Counted from the stretch's first letter, positions 1-29,600 are shown. The stretch is DNA of 64,000 bases from Octopus vulgaris (GCA_951406725.2 OX597834.1:31992001-32056000); one strand, 5' to 3'. Numbers and translations are program-made. Notes: a model not told the origin generated them from the sequence alone.

Positions 1-759
1 TAGAAATTTGAATTTGAAATTGAGGAATATGAGGTAGAAGATACATAAGAGTTCTCATTTGATTTTTTTTTATCTATCTATTACAAAGTTCTTATTATTT
101 CTAGTTAGTGATAATCATGTATAGCACTATTTCATTCTTTTCAGCAACTATCAGCATGATATAACTTGTATCTTATTAATTAGATATATTATCAACTAAA
201 AGTGAAGTTAAAAGTCTGAAAAATTGTAATCTTAATGATTTTCTTCTTAAATGGAATTAGATATAAATACTTTAATTTGTCAATATACAAAAATTCTTCA
301 ATGCAAAAAAAAAAATTTTAAAACATAAAAGCTAATAAGAAAAATGAATGAATGTCATTCCAAAGCAACTATTTTGAAATATGTGTGTGTATGTGTGTGT
401 ACAGTCTCAGAAGATATATTTTCAATAATTTCTGCCAACTTTTTGGTGCTCTATCTCTTTCACTGTTAAAGCCTCTTGTGGTACTTTTTGTTGTTATTGT
501 TGTTTTCACACCTGCATCTGTTGGCAGCACTTGTATTGCTTGTAAACCAATGGTTTTTAAACCGAGAAGTGGCACCTTTTTGTGGGTGCCGTAAGCTCAC
601 AAAGAGGAGCTGAGTGTTTAGAGGGAGTCGTGATTTTTCTTAGAAATAAAATATTGAAAACCAAGTCTTAGTCTTATTCTTAGTTCCTCTTGTACAGTTG
701 GCAGCAAGGTGCCTCCAGTCATCCTGGTTCTCAGTATAGTCTCCTGTATCTTCCCAGGT

Positions 760-1220
760 GATGCTAAATCGCTTCTGATCTTCTAAGAAAGTGGTACATC
801 ATGTCCTTTTAGGTCTTCCTCTCTGTCATCATTCTTCTGGCAATCGGAAAACCTGCAAGTCTCACAGTTCTTTCAAATACAATCTCCTGCAGGCTGTGCA
901 AGTTTGTTCTTCTCATGACTTCAGAATTTGTGATTCTCTTCCTGCAGGTGGCCTTCGATATTCTGCATAGAAATCCTTGGTAGAAATGCATTCAACCTCT
1001 GAGTTATCTCAACAACCATTCTCCAAGTTTCTCCTGCATAAACTACAGTTGACAGGACATGCTTTGGTGCAACAAGATCTTCTAATGATGATGTCCTTGC
1101 CTTCTTCATTGACAGGACAATGCTCTGGCACAATCAAAGCGCTGGCCCAGATCACATTTATTCTTCTGAACAGTCCTGTGGTCTGCCTGGCTTCTAGGGT
1201 TTATATTTGCCTCAGTGCCT
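760..1220 (-). mobile_element. Degenerate RTE-clade LINE fragment (region C-terminal to the RT)
   Basis: Frameshifted minus-strand peptides STVVYAGETW...QRLNAF and LCRISK...RITNSEVMRRT...RLAG match the RTE-type LYGxETW...LRRI...NxEV signature. Boundaries are approximate. Confidence 0.6.
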
Positions 1221-1514
1221 CTTCTATAGTAATAATGCTTTATATTTTAAACGTGTTTTCAAAAAAATTTCTTTGTCAGGATTAAAAGAGGAATCAGACA
1301 TTGTGTAATAAGTGAGCACAAAGCATGATTGATAATACACCAAGGCCCAGTGTAATTTCAGTATATAAGTATGGGGTACAGGTGTGGCTGCAGGGTTAAG
1401 AAGCTTGCTTCCCAACCACATGGTCTTCAGACCCACTCCATCCAACAAGAAGGCCACCTCATTGATTAAACAACTGGAAAATACATTGTCAAAACTGATG
1501 ACAACCAATTATTA

Positions 1515-1520
1515 TTTATT
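1515..1520 (-). promoter_or_regulatory. Candidate AFMID polyadenylation signal (AATAAA)
   Basis: TTTATT on the plus strand, about 155 nt downstream of the AFMID stop codon at 1676. Confidence 0.35.
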
Positions 1521-1675
1521 TAATTATCTCTATTTTTTCATTGATGAGTCTTTAACCTTCAGATATCAATCAGTGTGTGTGTGTGGTCTTTGATACTAAA
1601 AGCTCTGTATAAACCAACCACTTCACCCTTTCTATAGATGTCTACAATGTGTTTCTGAAGTCTGCAAAGGTTCGT

Positions 1676-17541
<15,866 letters not shown>

Positions 17542-18779
17542 CGTTGTATTCGTTGACTGTCAGTGAGAATGACTGTGGGGATAATGTTGTGAATGACAGT
17601 CGAATAAAACACCAAATACCTTAATGGCCCTTGTCATATCAGAGATTGGCTGATGGACAGCAGCCACCACCTACACACCAGTGTGCTACCAGGCATACAT
17701 ATAGACACTACTTATGTTTTGTGTCATATGTGAATAGACTTATTTATACGCACTAATATTCCATCATTCACATATACATATATACATACATACATACATA
17801 CATACATACATACACATAGTATATATGTCCTGTCTCTCTCTCTCTCTCACTTTTCTCTCTCCTTTCTCTCTCTCCCCTTCCTTTCTCTCTCTCTCTCTCC
17901 TTTCTCTCTCTCTCTCTCTCTCCTTTCTCTCTCTCTCCCCTTCCTTTCTCTCTCACTCTCACACTTACTGGTTTATATGCTTATCACATATCAACATTTA
18001 ATACACACATTAACTGTTTTATGTCACACACACATGCACACACACATGCACACACACATGCACACACACATGCACACACACACATGCACACACACACACG
18101 CGCACACATACACACTCACGCGCACACACACATACACACACACACATGCACACACACACACGCACACACACACACGCACGCACACACACACGCACGCACA
18201 CACACACGCACACCTACACATCATCCCCTCACGCATTAAAGTTTTAGTTCTCTAATAAAAGGATTAACAACAAGAAGAAGCATATGAATAAAAGATCACA
18301 TCATCACATGTTTCAGTCTTAAGTACCCTCCACTTATTCCTAACGCATTCTCCATAATATGTTATTAACATTTTTTTATTTATCTATTGTGAGGTCTTCT
18401 GTTGTTTTTTGCTTGTTATGTTTTTCGTTTTTGCTTTTAAATTCATTCTTCATTTTATTGCTGTTTTATTGTTTGCTTGCCATAAAGTTGCAACCTTTTA
18501 GATAACCAGATGATTTGGTCGCCATAACGACTGTTTTATTGTCTATGTGTGTGCACGTGTGTATGTTTGTGTCGCTACATGGACATGTAACTGCATACAT
18601 TTATACACACACACATACATACATACATACATACATATACCAGGGCCCCAATAATTACAGGTATAAACCTGAACTTGCAATCTGGAGAGAGTAACTGCAG
18701 ATTTCTCAATAGTTCAGCATAGGTATTCTCTTTATGCTAACATCCACTGGGTATGTATGTTAGCTAGTTAGTTAGTTAG

Positions 18780-19883
18780 TTAATTTTTTTGGCTCAAAAA
18801 GCAAAAAGCAAGGCCATGTAGGGGGACATGGAGTTATGTATAGGGTGGTGTTCATGTAAAGAGTTCAGGCCACTTGAGGTCAAGGGAGACTTTGAACTGA
18901 GCGGTCGTCGGCATCTTCACCATCTCATCTGGCAGCTTATTCCACGGATCCGCAACCCGGACGGAGAAAGCCCCTCTCCTTCGATTGAAATGAAATCGTC
19001 GCAGATAGAGTTTTTCGGAATGACCCCGCAGCCGATGCTCTGGAGCAGGAGTGAAGAACAGCTCTTTCGAGAGGTTACACTTTCCGCTTATGATGTTGTG
19101 AGCAAGAATGAGATCTCCACGGCGTCGTCATTTTTCTAGAGAATAGGGGTGTAGCGTCTTCAGCCTTTCTTCATAAGACAAATTCTTGAGACCAAGAACC
19201 ATGTGGGTAGCCAGCTTCTGGACTCTTTCGAGATGCTGTATATCTTTGAGGAGATAAGGAGAAGAGGCTTGAATCCTGTACTCCAATATGGGTCTCACCA
19301 GCATAACATAGAGCGGTAGGAATATGGCTGCTGTGAGCATTCCGAATGACCGTTGAATCAAGAACAGAATTCTGCGTGCTTTGTTGGCAGCATGGACGCA
19401 CTGGGCCGAAGGCGAAAAGGAGGAATCCACGAAGATACCCAGGTCCTTTACCTGATCGGTCCTCTCCAGCAGCAGACGACCCGGCTCGAAATCAAGTTGA
19501 GTTGCAGAAGGAGAGCCAACAGGCAGATGACAGCACTTTGACGCGTTCAGACACAGGTCCCATTCGTTAGACCATCTCCAAATTTGGTGGAGGCATCGAT
19601 GAAGATCCTCTATATCACCGCGAGGAGCGACCAGTTTGACATAGTCGGCAAATAGAAGGGTGTGTTGCGTGAGGTCATCGGGCAAGTCATTTATGAAGAC
19701 TAAGAACAATAAGGGCCCAAGCACTGAACCTTGAGGCACGCCACTGCTCGCACTGGAGACGTCGGACCACGAATCATTAACTTGGACTTGGAAGGAGCGA
19801 TCTGAGAGGAAGGCACCAACCCATCGTACAATATCCGGATGGAAACTATATGCTTGAAGCTTGACAAGTAATAGACGGTGGTT
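18780..19883 (-). mobile_element. 5'-truncated CR1-clade LINE (RT domain plus C-terminus), pseudogenised
   Basis: ORF 19128-19979 has GVPQGSVLGPLLFLVFINDL and LFADYVKL, where the FADD motif is mutated. After a frameshift near 19130 it continues RRRGDLI...RLRGHSEKL...FSVRVADPWNKLP. It has a (TAAC)n tail and GTATGTATGT on both sides (possible TSD). A short 3' copy is at about 37428-37641. Confidence 0.88.
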
Positions 19884-20163
19884 GTATGTATGTATGTCTT
19901 TTCTTTCCCTTTTTAATCTATGATAAATTTTAATGGATCCCCACCGATTTGGTAAAGAGGTTGTGAAGGAAAGTATCATGATTTAACCATCATCCTTTAA
20001 ATCTTAAGACAGTTTTGCAGATTTATAGTCCTAGATATCGTGTGTATGTATGTATGTATGTATGTATGTATGTATGATGGAGGAAGTAGGTTAAGGAGGG
20101 GATCGACACTTTTGAGAGAGCACATATCCAGCATGAAGAACTTAAGCGAGAGATTTATCATTG

Positions 20164-20215
<52 letters not shown>

Positions 20216-20481
20216 TTCTCTCTTTTACTTGTTTCAGTCATTTGACTGCAGCCATGCTGGAGCACCACCTTTAATCGAGCAACTCGACCATGGGACTTAT
20301 TCTTTTGTAAGCCCAGTACTTATTCTATCGGCTCTTATGGTAGACCTCCCTTTGCAAATAGCATAAGGGCACAGAAAGTGTGCCTAAAGCCAGCTGGAGT
20401 CGATGATCTCCTGGGGCTAAAAGCTACAGTAACACCCACCCTTAGTGGTTAGCCATATTGAGATGGCTAGTATACTTTACG

Positions 20482-20546
<65 letters not shown>

Positions 20547-21338
20547 GTTGGTTTCTTTCAGTTTCTGTGAACTAATTCTTTTCACAAGGATTTGGGTCAT
20601 CCCTGGGCTATTGAAATATAATAATGAAATTATTGTATACAGTGCTCAGGTGCACCACAACTTATCAGAAAGTGCATATAAAGTACATGCAGTAATGTAG
20701 AAATGTCTGGAAAGCGAACAATGTATGAGTCAGATACATGCTTGTGTGTGTATGGAGGGGAGAAAATCAAGTGTAGTGTTGGCGAATCTCAGGAAGCATG
20801 GAAGTTTTGAAGGATGCAGTGCTCCGACAACTAACAACTGATGCCAGCAGTTTGTTCCATGCTTCAGCAATTCTCAGTGTGAAAAAATGTTTCCTGAAGT
20901 CATGGGAGCTGTGCTGTTTTCTTACTTTGTAAATATGTCCATGGGTGTTAGATGGGTGGAGTTTGAAAATAGCACTCATCCAAGTTGACTACCCATGGCT
21001 GTATATGTATATATGTACATATGTATGCATGTGTGCATGTATGTATATCTTACATATAATTAAACACAATGTGTTTTGCATCAGTCACTTAGGCAACAAA
21101 TGGAATGGGAGTGAGTTGTGGGTGATAAAGATGATAAATGCAGGTGAAAAGCAGTTTTGAGAGACTTTACCCTGAAGTAGCTGATAGTCTAATAAAAATG
21201 AAAAAGCACATTTTTATTGTAAATTATATTTACTTTATCAGTTTCTCACACACACACACACATACAATTGAATATTAAACACATTTCTTTTCAAAATATA
21301 ATCGTCCACTTAACATTTATAAATTAATTACATATATA

Positions 21339-21740
21339 GGCGCAGGAGTGGCTGTGTGGTAAGTAGCTTGCTAACCAGCCACATGGTTCCGGGTTCAGTC
21401 CCACTGCGTGGCATCTTGGGCAAGTGTCTTCTGCTATAGCCCCAGGCTGACCAATACCTTGTGAGTGGATTTGGTAGACAGAAACTGAAAGAAGCCCGTC
21501 GTATATATGTATATATATATATATATGTATGTGCGTTAATGTTTGTGTGTCTGTGTTTGTCCCCCTAGCATTGCTTGACAACCGATGCTGGTGTGTTTAT
21601 GTCCCCGTTACTTAGCGGTTCGGCAAATGAGACCGATAGAATAAGTACTGGGCTTACAAAAAGAATAAGTCCCGGGGTCGAGTTGCTCGATTAAAAGCGG
21701 TGCTCCAGCATGGCCACAGTCAAAATGACTGAAACAAGAA
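21339..21740 (+). mobile_element. SINE family A, full length
   Basis: Starts GGCGCAGGAGTGGCTGTGTGGTAAG, B box GGTTCAGTCCC, ends GACTGAAACAAG. Confidence 0.82.
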
Positions 21741-22171
21741 AAAAAAAATACTAGCTTATCTTCGTCATCAAAAATGCTGAGAGTTTTATCAATGATAGAA
21801 AATGATACTTCAAAACGATGGAAGAACTTGTTGATAGATATCAGCAGTTGAGAAAATATACTTACACACAAAAAAACACCCCCGAAGCACTTGAACAACC
21901 ATCATATATGCAGTGGAGTTCATTCATTTTATGTCTACCAAATCTTATCAAAAAGCCTTAGTCAGCTCTCAGATATAGTTGAAGACACTTATCCAGGTAC
22001 TTGTCCTCACCTGTATATGCATGTGTGTTCATATACACACATACATAAATGTATGCATGTGTGTTCATATACACACATACATAAATGTATGCATGTGTGT
22101 ATGTGTGTATATGTATACATGTATGTATGCATATATATATATATATATATATACATATATATATGAATATA

Positions 22172-22213
<42 letters not shown>

Positions 22214-22414
22214 AAATAAGAAAATGGAGGAATACACTTTAATCAATCATCAACAACCAGATAATACCCATTCACATAATTTATTAACCAACTACATAGG
22301 AACATCAAGATCAAACACAATAATACAGGACAAAACAGTACACATCAATGAGTAATATGATACCATGAGTACAATACGTATAAATAAATATAAATGAATA
22401 TAAATATAAACTAG

Positions 22415-22541
22415 ATCTTACAGCTGTTTCAGCCATGTAGATACAAGTATCTCATTATGCTCATATTAGCCAGGTGTGTTAAGGTAATATGTGGTTATAA
22501 ATGAGATACTTACATATATATCCCAAGGCCTCTTCAGAGAT
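22415..22541 (-). ncRNA. Type I hammerhead ribozyme with extended stem II (Penelope-like repeat context)
   Basis: Minus strand reads AUCU-CUGAAGA-GGCC...GGCU-GAAA-C AGCU G-UA-AGAU. The core is canonical, stem I is AUCU/AGAU, the cleavage triplet is GUA and loop 3 is palindromic. Stem II contains a perfect 12-bp AAGUAUCUCAUU/AAUGAGAUACUU helix. Confidence 0.65.
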
Positions 22542-22799
22542 TATAAAGTACAATTCAAACATGAATATTAGAGAAGGTACACATATACAAGAATAAGTAA
22601 ATATACATTATATACACATACATATATGTGCATATACACATGCACCTACATATATATAAGTATATACATAAAAATATACATACATATAAGGTTACAGTTA
22701 ATCAAATCAATATATTAGAATATACATACATACACACATCTACATGAAAGTGTACATATATACAAAGTCCAGAGCTCATTGTATTAAGTTACAAAAGGC

Positions 22800-22851
<52 letters not shown>

Positions 22852-23844
22852 AATAATACCAGTAAAAGAATATGTGCATTCCGCCATTCACAATACATAG
22901 TAGATGGAAAATATCACATAGAATACAGCAACAGCATAATGTAAATGTAATATGAGACAATTATTCGGCAGCCATGATAAAACTCCAAGTTTTGGATGCC
23001 GAGGTGGAAATCCATGCTGCCATCTCTTCAGTTATCTGGCCATCGGAAAAATGCTATGAAAAATGACCGCTATACAAAGGGAAATTACTGTGTGATTGAC
23101 CGTTATTAGGACAAAAGAGATATTCGAATGACTGCTAAGTAAGGGAGTAAAAAAGTTCATAGTATTTGCATAAGTGCGCCTGTTCATACCTACACATGTG
23201 CGCCTGCACACCCATGTGCGTGCGCCTAAAGTATACATTCCTCCACCCTCACTTAAAAACATACACATCCTCACTCACATCTTTCGCCAAAAGTATATGT
23301 ATATACATACATACAAACCTGCACACACACACATGCACCATAAAGGTTCATACACACATCTATATATGCACAAGCACAAGAAAAAAACAGGGTTAAGGGT
23401 AACAATACAGAAAAAAGGCACAAGGGAGTATACAAAGAGTAAACCACGTCTACATACGCACGTACCCTTATGCACGCACACACACTCGCTTATATACACA
23501 CATACCCGCACACGTCTATATATACACACACCCATCCATGCACAAAAAGGATCATACATGCATCTATATGTGCACATACACAAGAAAAAACAGGGTTAAG
23601 GGCAAAAATACAAGAAAATATGTAAAAAACACTGAGTAAAAATACGTCTATATACACACGTACTCGCATGCATGCACATACCTGCACACACGCACACATT
23701 CACATGCATGCACAATAGATTCCATGTACACATCTATATGCACACAGGGAAAAATGCAGGGTGGAAGGTAGAATACAGAAAAATTATGCGTAAATAATAT
23801 ATAAGCAATAAACCAATATCTCTATAAATATGTAAGAAATATTT

Positions 23845-24072
23845 ACTCTCTCTTTTACTCTTTTACCTGTTTCAGTCATTTGACTGTGGCCATGCTGGAG
23901 CACCACCTTTAGTCAAGCAAATCGACCCTGGGACTTATTCTTTGTAAGCCCAGTCCTTATTCTATCGGTCTCTTTTTGCCGAACCGCTAAGTGGCGGGGA
24001 CGTAAACACACCAGCATCGGTTGTCAAGCGATGGTGGGGGACAAACACAGACAAACATATACACACACACAC

Positions 24073-24107
<35 letters not shown>

Positions 24108-24270
24108 GACGGGCTTCTTTCAGTTTTCCGTCTATCAAATCCACTCACAAGGCATTGGTCGGCCCGAGGCTATAGCAGAAGACACTTGCCCAAGGTGCCA
24201 CGCAGTGGGACTGAACCCGGAACCATGTGGCTGGTAAGCAAGCTACTTACCACACAGCCACTCCTGCGCC
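23845..24270 (-). mobile_element. SINE family A, full length
   Basis: Reverse complement of 21339-21740. Further partial copies lie at about 43595-44212, 50310-50670 and 51430-51705. Confidence 0.82.
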
Positions 24271-24737
24271 TATCTACATAAAAAACCAAATTCACAACCA
24301 GACATACACACACACACTGTTATAATTTGTGTGTCATATGCAGTACACTCGTTTACACAGTTAATTCCATCCATTCACATATACACGTGTGTGTGTGTGT
24401 GTGTGTGTAATGGATGGATGTGACCTCCTGGAATCTGTCCAGAGACGTGCAACCAAACGCATACCTTCCATCAGGCACCTACCATATTCTGAGCGCCTTG
24501 TTTCCCTGGGCATGGATTCACTGAAGCTCCGGTGTCTGGCGACAGACTTGGTAAACACCCACAAAGTTATCAACCACCTCACCAACAACAACATTGAAGA
24601 GAATTTACAGACTTTGTTTGCTGGCAGTGGTTAGTAACACAAACATAGTAGTAATCATACAAGTGACAATGGTACAATGTGCTGTTCGTGGTACAATGTG
24701 CTGTTCGTGCACTCTTAGTGAGTGTCAGGAACTGTGT

Positions 24738-24769
<32 letters not shown>

Positions 24770-24780
24770 TGTGATCACCT

Positions 24781-25080
24781 ATCTTGATATGAGATCACCA
24801 ATCTTGATATGAGATCACCAATCTTGGTATGAGATCATCAATCTTGATATGAGATCACCTATCTTGGTATGAGATCACCAATCTTGATAAGAGATCACCA
24901 ATCTTGATATGAGATCACCAATCTTGATATGAGATCACCTATCTTGATATGAGATCACCTATCTAGATATGAGATCACCAATCTTGATATGAGATCACCA
25001 ATCTTGATATGAGATCACCAATCTTGATATGAGATCACCAATCTTGATATGAGATCACCAATCTTGATATGAGATCACCA
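24781..25080. repeat. 20-bp tandem repeat x15 (ATCTTGATATGAGATCACCA)
   Basis: Exact 20-bp period with a few point variants and no spacers. Confidence 0.95.
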
Positions 25081-25217
25081 TGTCGCGCACATATGGTTGT
25101 GATGCATGTGTCTGGTGTACCCTTATCAGACGGGTAGTCATGATGGGTATACTGGGCTTCGTATATTTTACCCCAGTGTCACTTTGATGGCATGCACTGC
25201 TCTCTCACTCAATAATG

Positions 25218-25263
<46 letters not shown>

Positions 25264-25308
25264 ATTAACTGTCCCTGTCTTATCAGCGATTGGTCGATGA
25301 TCAGCAAA

Positions 25309-25339
<31 letters not shown>

Positions 25340-25768
25340 GTTGTCGTCGTCGTCGTCGTCATCGTCATCGTCATCATCATCACCACTCTGAGAGTGTAAT
25401 GGGTGCTTTTACATGCTACCAGCATAGGTGTCATATGTGTGACTCCGGTATCTGCCAGGACTACGATTTTGCTCAGCTTGATGGGTCTTCTTCTGAAGCA
25501 TGACATAATGCCAAAGGTCTCAGTCATTGCCTCCATGAGGCCCAATACTCAAATGGAACTCAGCCACTTTGCCTCCATGAAGCCCAATACTTGAAAGGCA
25601 GCTCAGACACTTTGCCTCCATGAGGTCCAACACTCAAAAGGTATTCTTTATGTGCCACCAGCATGGGTACCAGTTGCATGATACCAGCATCAGCCACAAC
25701 TATGTTTTCATTTGGCTTGATGGTTCTTCTCACGCACAGCATATTGCCAAAGGTCTCAGACACTGCCT

Positions 25769-25814
<46 letters not shown>

Positions 25815-25816
<2 letters not shown>

Positions 25817-26350
25817 CCCTTCCACAAAAGGCACAAGGCCTGAAATTTGGGGGGGTGAGCGGATGAGTTGATTACATCGACCCCAGTGTTTCGTTACTAC
25901 TTAATTTATCAACTCTGATAGGAGAACAGGCAAAGTTGACCTCAGCAGAATTTGAACTCAGAACATAGCAAATACCGCTCAGCATTTCGCCTGGCATGCT
26001 AACAATTCTGCCAGCTCACCACCTTATAATAATAATAATAATAATAATGATCCTTTCTACTATAAGCACAAGGCCAGAAATTTGGGGGAAGGGGATTAGT
26101 TGATTTCATCAATCCAAGTACTGGTCTGCTACTTATTCATCAACCCCGAAAGGATAAAAGGCAAAGTCGACCTCGATGAAACTTGAACTTAGAACGTAAA
26201 GACAGGCAAAATGTCGCGAAGTATTTTGCCCAGTGCGCTAACGATTCTGCCAGCTCGCCGCGTTAATAATAATAATAATAATGATAATCATAGTTTCACA
26301 TTTTGGCACTAGGCCAGTAATCTCGTGGGAGAATGTAGTCGATTAGATCA
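25815..26350 (-). mobile_element. Tandem SINE family B copies separated by (AAT)n
   Basis: Two near-complete copies and one partial copy, each preceded by a TAA repeat. Confidence 0.7.
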
Positions 26351-26602
26351 ACTAAAGTGGTTGTGAGGTTGATTAGTTCGACTACAAAACCTCCATGGCG
26401 GTGCCCAAGCATGACGAATGACTGAGACATGTGAAAGAATAAAAGAAGAAAAAAAAAGATCCGTTTTGTCAATCAGTCAGTCGAATCTGGAATATTTAAC
26501 GGAAAGGCACATAAACTATGTCTACACCGTTACACCGTTTCTACTGCTATAATTGGCGGTAAAGAAATTTTACAGTTTGTTGTTTCTATTAAGTAGAAGA
26601 GA

Positions 26603-29600
26603 ATGAAACCTGTGGCCCCTGGTGAAGTGATCTATCGTGAATCGCCCTACGTTCATGTAGTGTCTGACAAAGAACTAAAGAACCATTGTAGTTCTTGTTT
26701 TAAAAGGTAATAACAGTTCGTCATACGCATCATACATTGGCTTAACTACAGACGTCTATTCCTCCCATCTACCGACTTTGGCTTCCTATAACTTTCTTAA
26801 AAATATATATCTTTTGATGAAATTTTCCAGATCTATATTCTAGGGGCGATCTTTCTTCTCTAGTAGACCTTTCCGTCGATTTCCGTAAAAAAAATTTTTT
26901 TTTTACATATGGGCTTGCGGGAACTTTTGAAGTAATAGAGCGAAAGAGACTAAGAGAAAGCGATTGTATGACGAAGGAAGTTCTTTTGAAGTTACCGTGC
27001 ATGGGAGCATTGATGGACATATGTGTGTGCGTGCGTGTGTGTGTTTGATGGGATGTGGGAGACAGACTGTATGTTGTGTAAGTGAAGTGCTTCTGTTAGT
27101 GTGTGTGAAGAGACAGAGAGAGTAATGTGTGAAAGAAAGAGATAACTGAAATTTTTTACTCGGTGTATGTGTATATGTATATTACTTCAAAAGTTCCCGC
27201 AAGCCCATATGTAAAAAAAAAAAAATTTACGGAAATCGACGGAAAGGTCTACTAGAGACGAAAGATTGCCATTCTAGGTATTGTAGATTGTGATTATATC
27301 AGAAATAAAACTGAAAAAATAAAAATTTAAGATTTCATTTCCCCTCTCTGATCGGACTTTTGTTTAAGGCAATTTTTTTCTAATGAAATTTTCCAGATAC
27401 ATTTTAGATGGTATAGATTACGAATGTATTTTTAAAACAGAGGCTTATCAAGATCACCGTACTGTACACCCACGAAAATGTATTTTCAGGAAATTGCATT
27501 TAAAAAATTTGCACTTTTGAGGAAGTTATAAGAGAACAAAGTCAGGGGGAAAAAAACACTTCTATAGTTATGGCCACACACACACACACACAAACACCTG
27601 TTCGTTAAGAGTTTATAATCTTTGTTGGTTGATAATGCGTTTTCGGGAGGAATCCTGCGACAGACCAGCATCCTGTCCAGGTGGGGAAGATATACGCCAA
27701 GGTAAACGAGGAAACCAGCCCCTATGAGTCAGCATGACTTGAGAAGGAAGGTGAGTATTGTAGAAGACACGTATGCAAGGTACTGCAGTTACAAAGCAAA
27801 CTTCCATGCTACCACTTGTGTCGTTAGGAACCTAAATATCTAACCCCACCCCACTGTTCTCATAACCATTGCCTCTTTACACTATAACATTATATTTTCT
27901 TTCACCTCATCTTCTTCACAGTGCTTCCAGCCTGAAACACTGTTCTAGATGTAAACTTCTGAGATACTGCAATTCCAGCTGTCAGGTAAATCCCTTAAAA
28001 CTGTCCTTTGCTTTCATCTATTTTCTTTTTCATTAATTTATTTCATCATCATCATCATTGTGTAATACCTGTGTTCCATGCTGGCGTGGGTTGGATGCCT
28101 TGACAGGATCCAGTGTGTTGGTGGACTGTGTCAAACTCCAATGTCTGTTATTGCATAGTTTCTATGGCTGGATGCCCTAGTGCTGCTGGACTGGCTCCTG
28201 TGCAGGTGGCACATAAAAAACACCATTTGAGCGTGGCCGTTGCCAGTACTGCCTGACTGGTCCTCATGCTGGTGGCACGTAAAAGCACCCACTACACTCT
28301 CAGAGTGGTTGGTGTTAGGAATGGCATCCAGCTGTAGAAACTCTGCCAGATCAGATTGAAGCCTGGTGCAGCCAGTCCTCAGTCATCTGCGATCACTTCA
28401 ACACCTGATGTGTGGGACACCATCCACCTGTTGAGGTAACGTTAATTTGATGGAGAGAGTGGTGAGCTAATATACAATACATACATTTGATCACTATGAA
28501 CAAGTCATTTGTGAAGATTGTTTGGCAAAACTGAACACTCAGACATCATCTTTGACAGGAAAGTCCATTATCAAGGTAGCAAGTTAGCAGAATCATGAGA
28601 GCATCAAATATAATGCTTAGTGGCATTTCTTCCAACTTTACATTCTGGGTTCAAATGACACCAAGGTCAACTTAGCTTTTCCTTCTTTCAGGGTTGATAA
28701 AACAAGTTCTTGTGAGCATGGGGGAGGGTGATGTAATTGAGTGGCACCCACCCACGAAAATTACTGGGCCTGTCTCAAAATTTCAAAATGTTATTGTGAT
28801 TTTATGAATTACAATGAATTTACATGAAACATTTCAACATGTTTGGTATCTTTCATTTCCAGAAAGCTGATTGGTCAATCCACAAGCAAGAATGTCCATT
28901 TTTCATCGATGTTGTGCCCGAAGTCTTGTCTGAAAGTATACGAATGCTTCTGAGAATAATTATCAGGTACCAGGTAGTATGTTTCTATTGTTTGTTTGTC
29001 TGCTAGCTGTTGTTGTCTTCTTCTTCCAATCAGGACTCGCGCCATTAGCCACAAAGAATAATCTCTAATTCGAGCCTACTCTAAGCTACTAAGGATGCGT
29101 GTGGCAACTTGAAGATCCACCCACCACATGCGATAGATTGGCAGTTGCACGGGCACGAAAGCTACATTGTTATCCTCATTCCGTAAATGATGGCTTTTAA
29201 CGGGTGGAGAGCTGGACCATCCTGAGGTACAGAGGATTTGCAATCTAGACTAGGGTCTGAAAGTTTACCACACCATAGTGGGTTACACCATGGTTCCTCT
29301 GCTTTGTGTCAGAAGTAGGAAGAAAGAGTGAGAGAAAGTTGTGGTGAAAGAGTACAGTGGAGTTCACCATCCCTCCCTGCTGGAGCCTCGGTCTGGGAAT
29401 TGAAACTGCGTTCCTACGACCGCAAGACTGCTGCTCTGACCACTGGGCCATTGCGCATCCACAGCTGTTGTTGTTGTCTTGTGCCAAGCCAGCCCTCACT
29501 TGGCATGTGCAAACTGGGCTTATCTCCTCCTCATCATCAATATTTAGCATCCATTCTCCATGCTGACATGGGTTAGATGAGTGGTTCTCAACAGGGTCCA

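Noticed and set aside
352-594. Short ORFs on both strands at the window start
   Set aside because: They have no recognisable domain and no consistent splice signals.
19128-19979. Reverse transcriptase ORF as a functional gene or retron-like system
   Set aside because: It is a 5'-truncated CR1 LINE with a mutated FADD motif (FADY) and a frameshift.
21339-21420. tRNA gene
   Set aside because: The A/B boxes belong to a SINE head that continues into the SINE body. No complete cloverleaf was found.
24781-25080. CRISPR-like array
   Set aside because: The repeats are directly adjacent with no unique spacers, the context is eukaryotic, and there are no cas genes.
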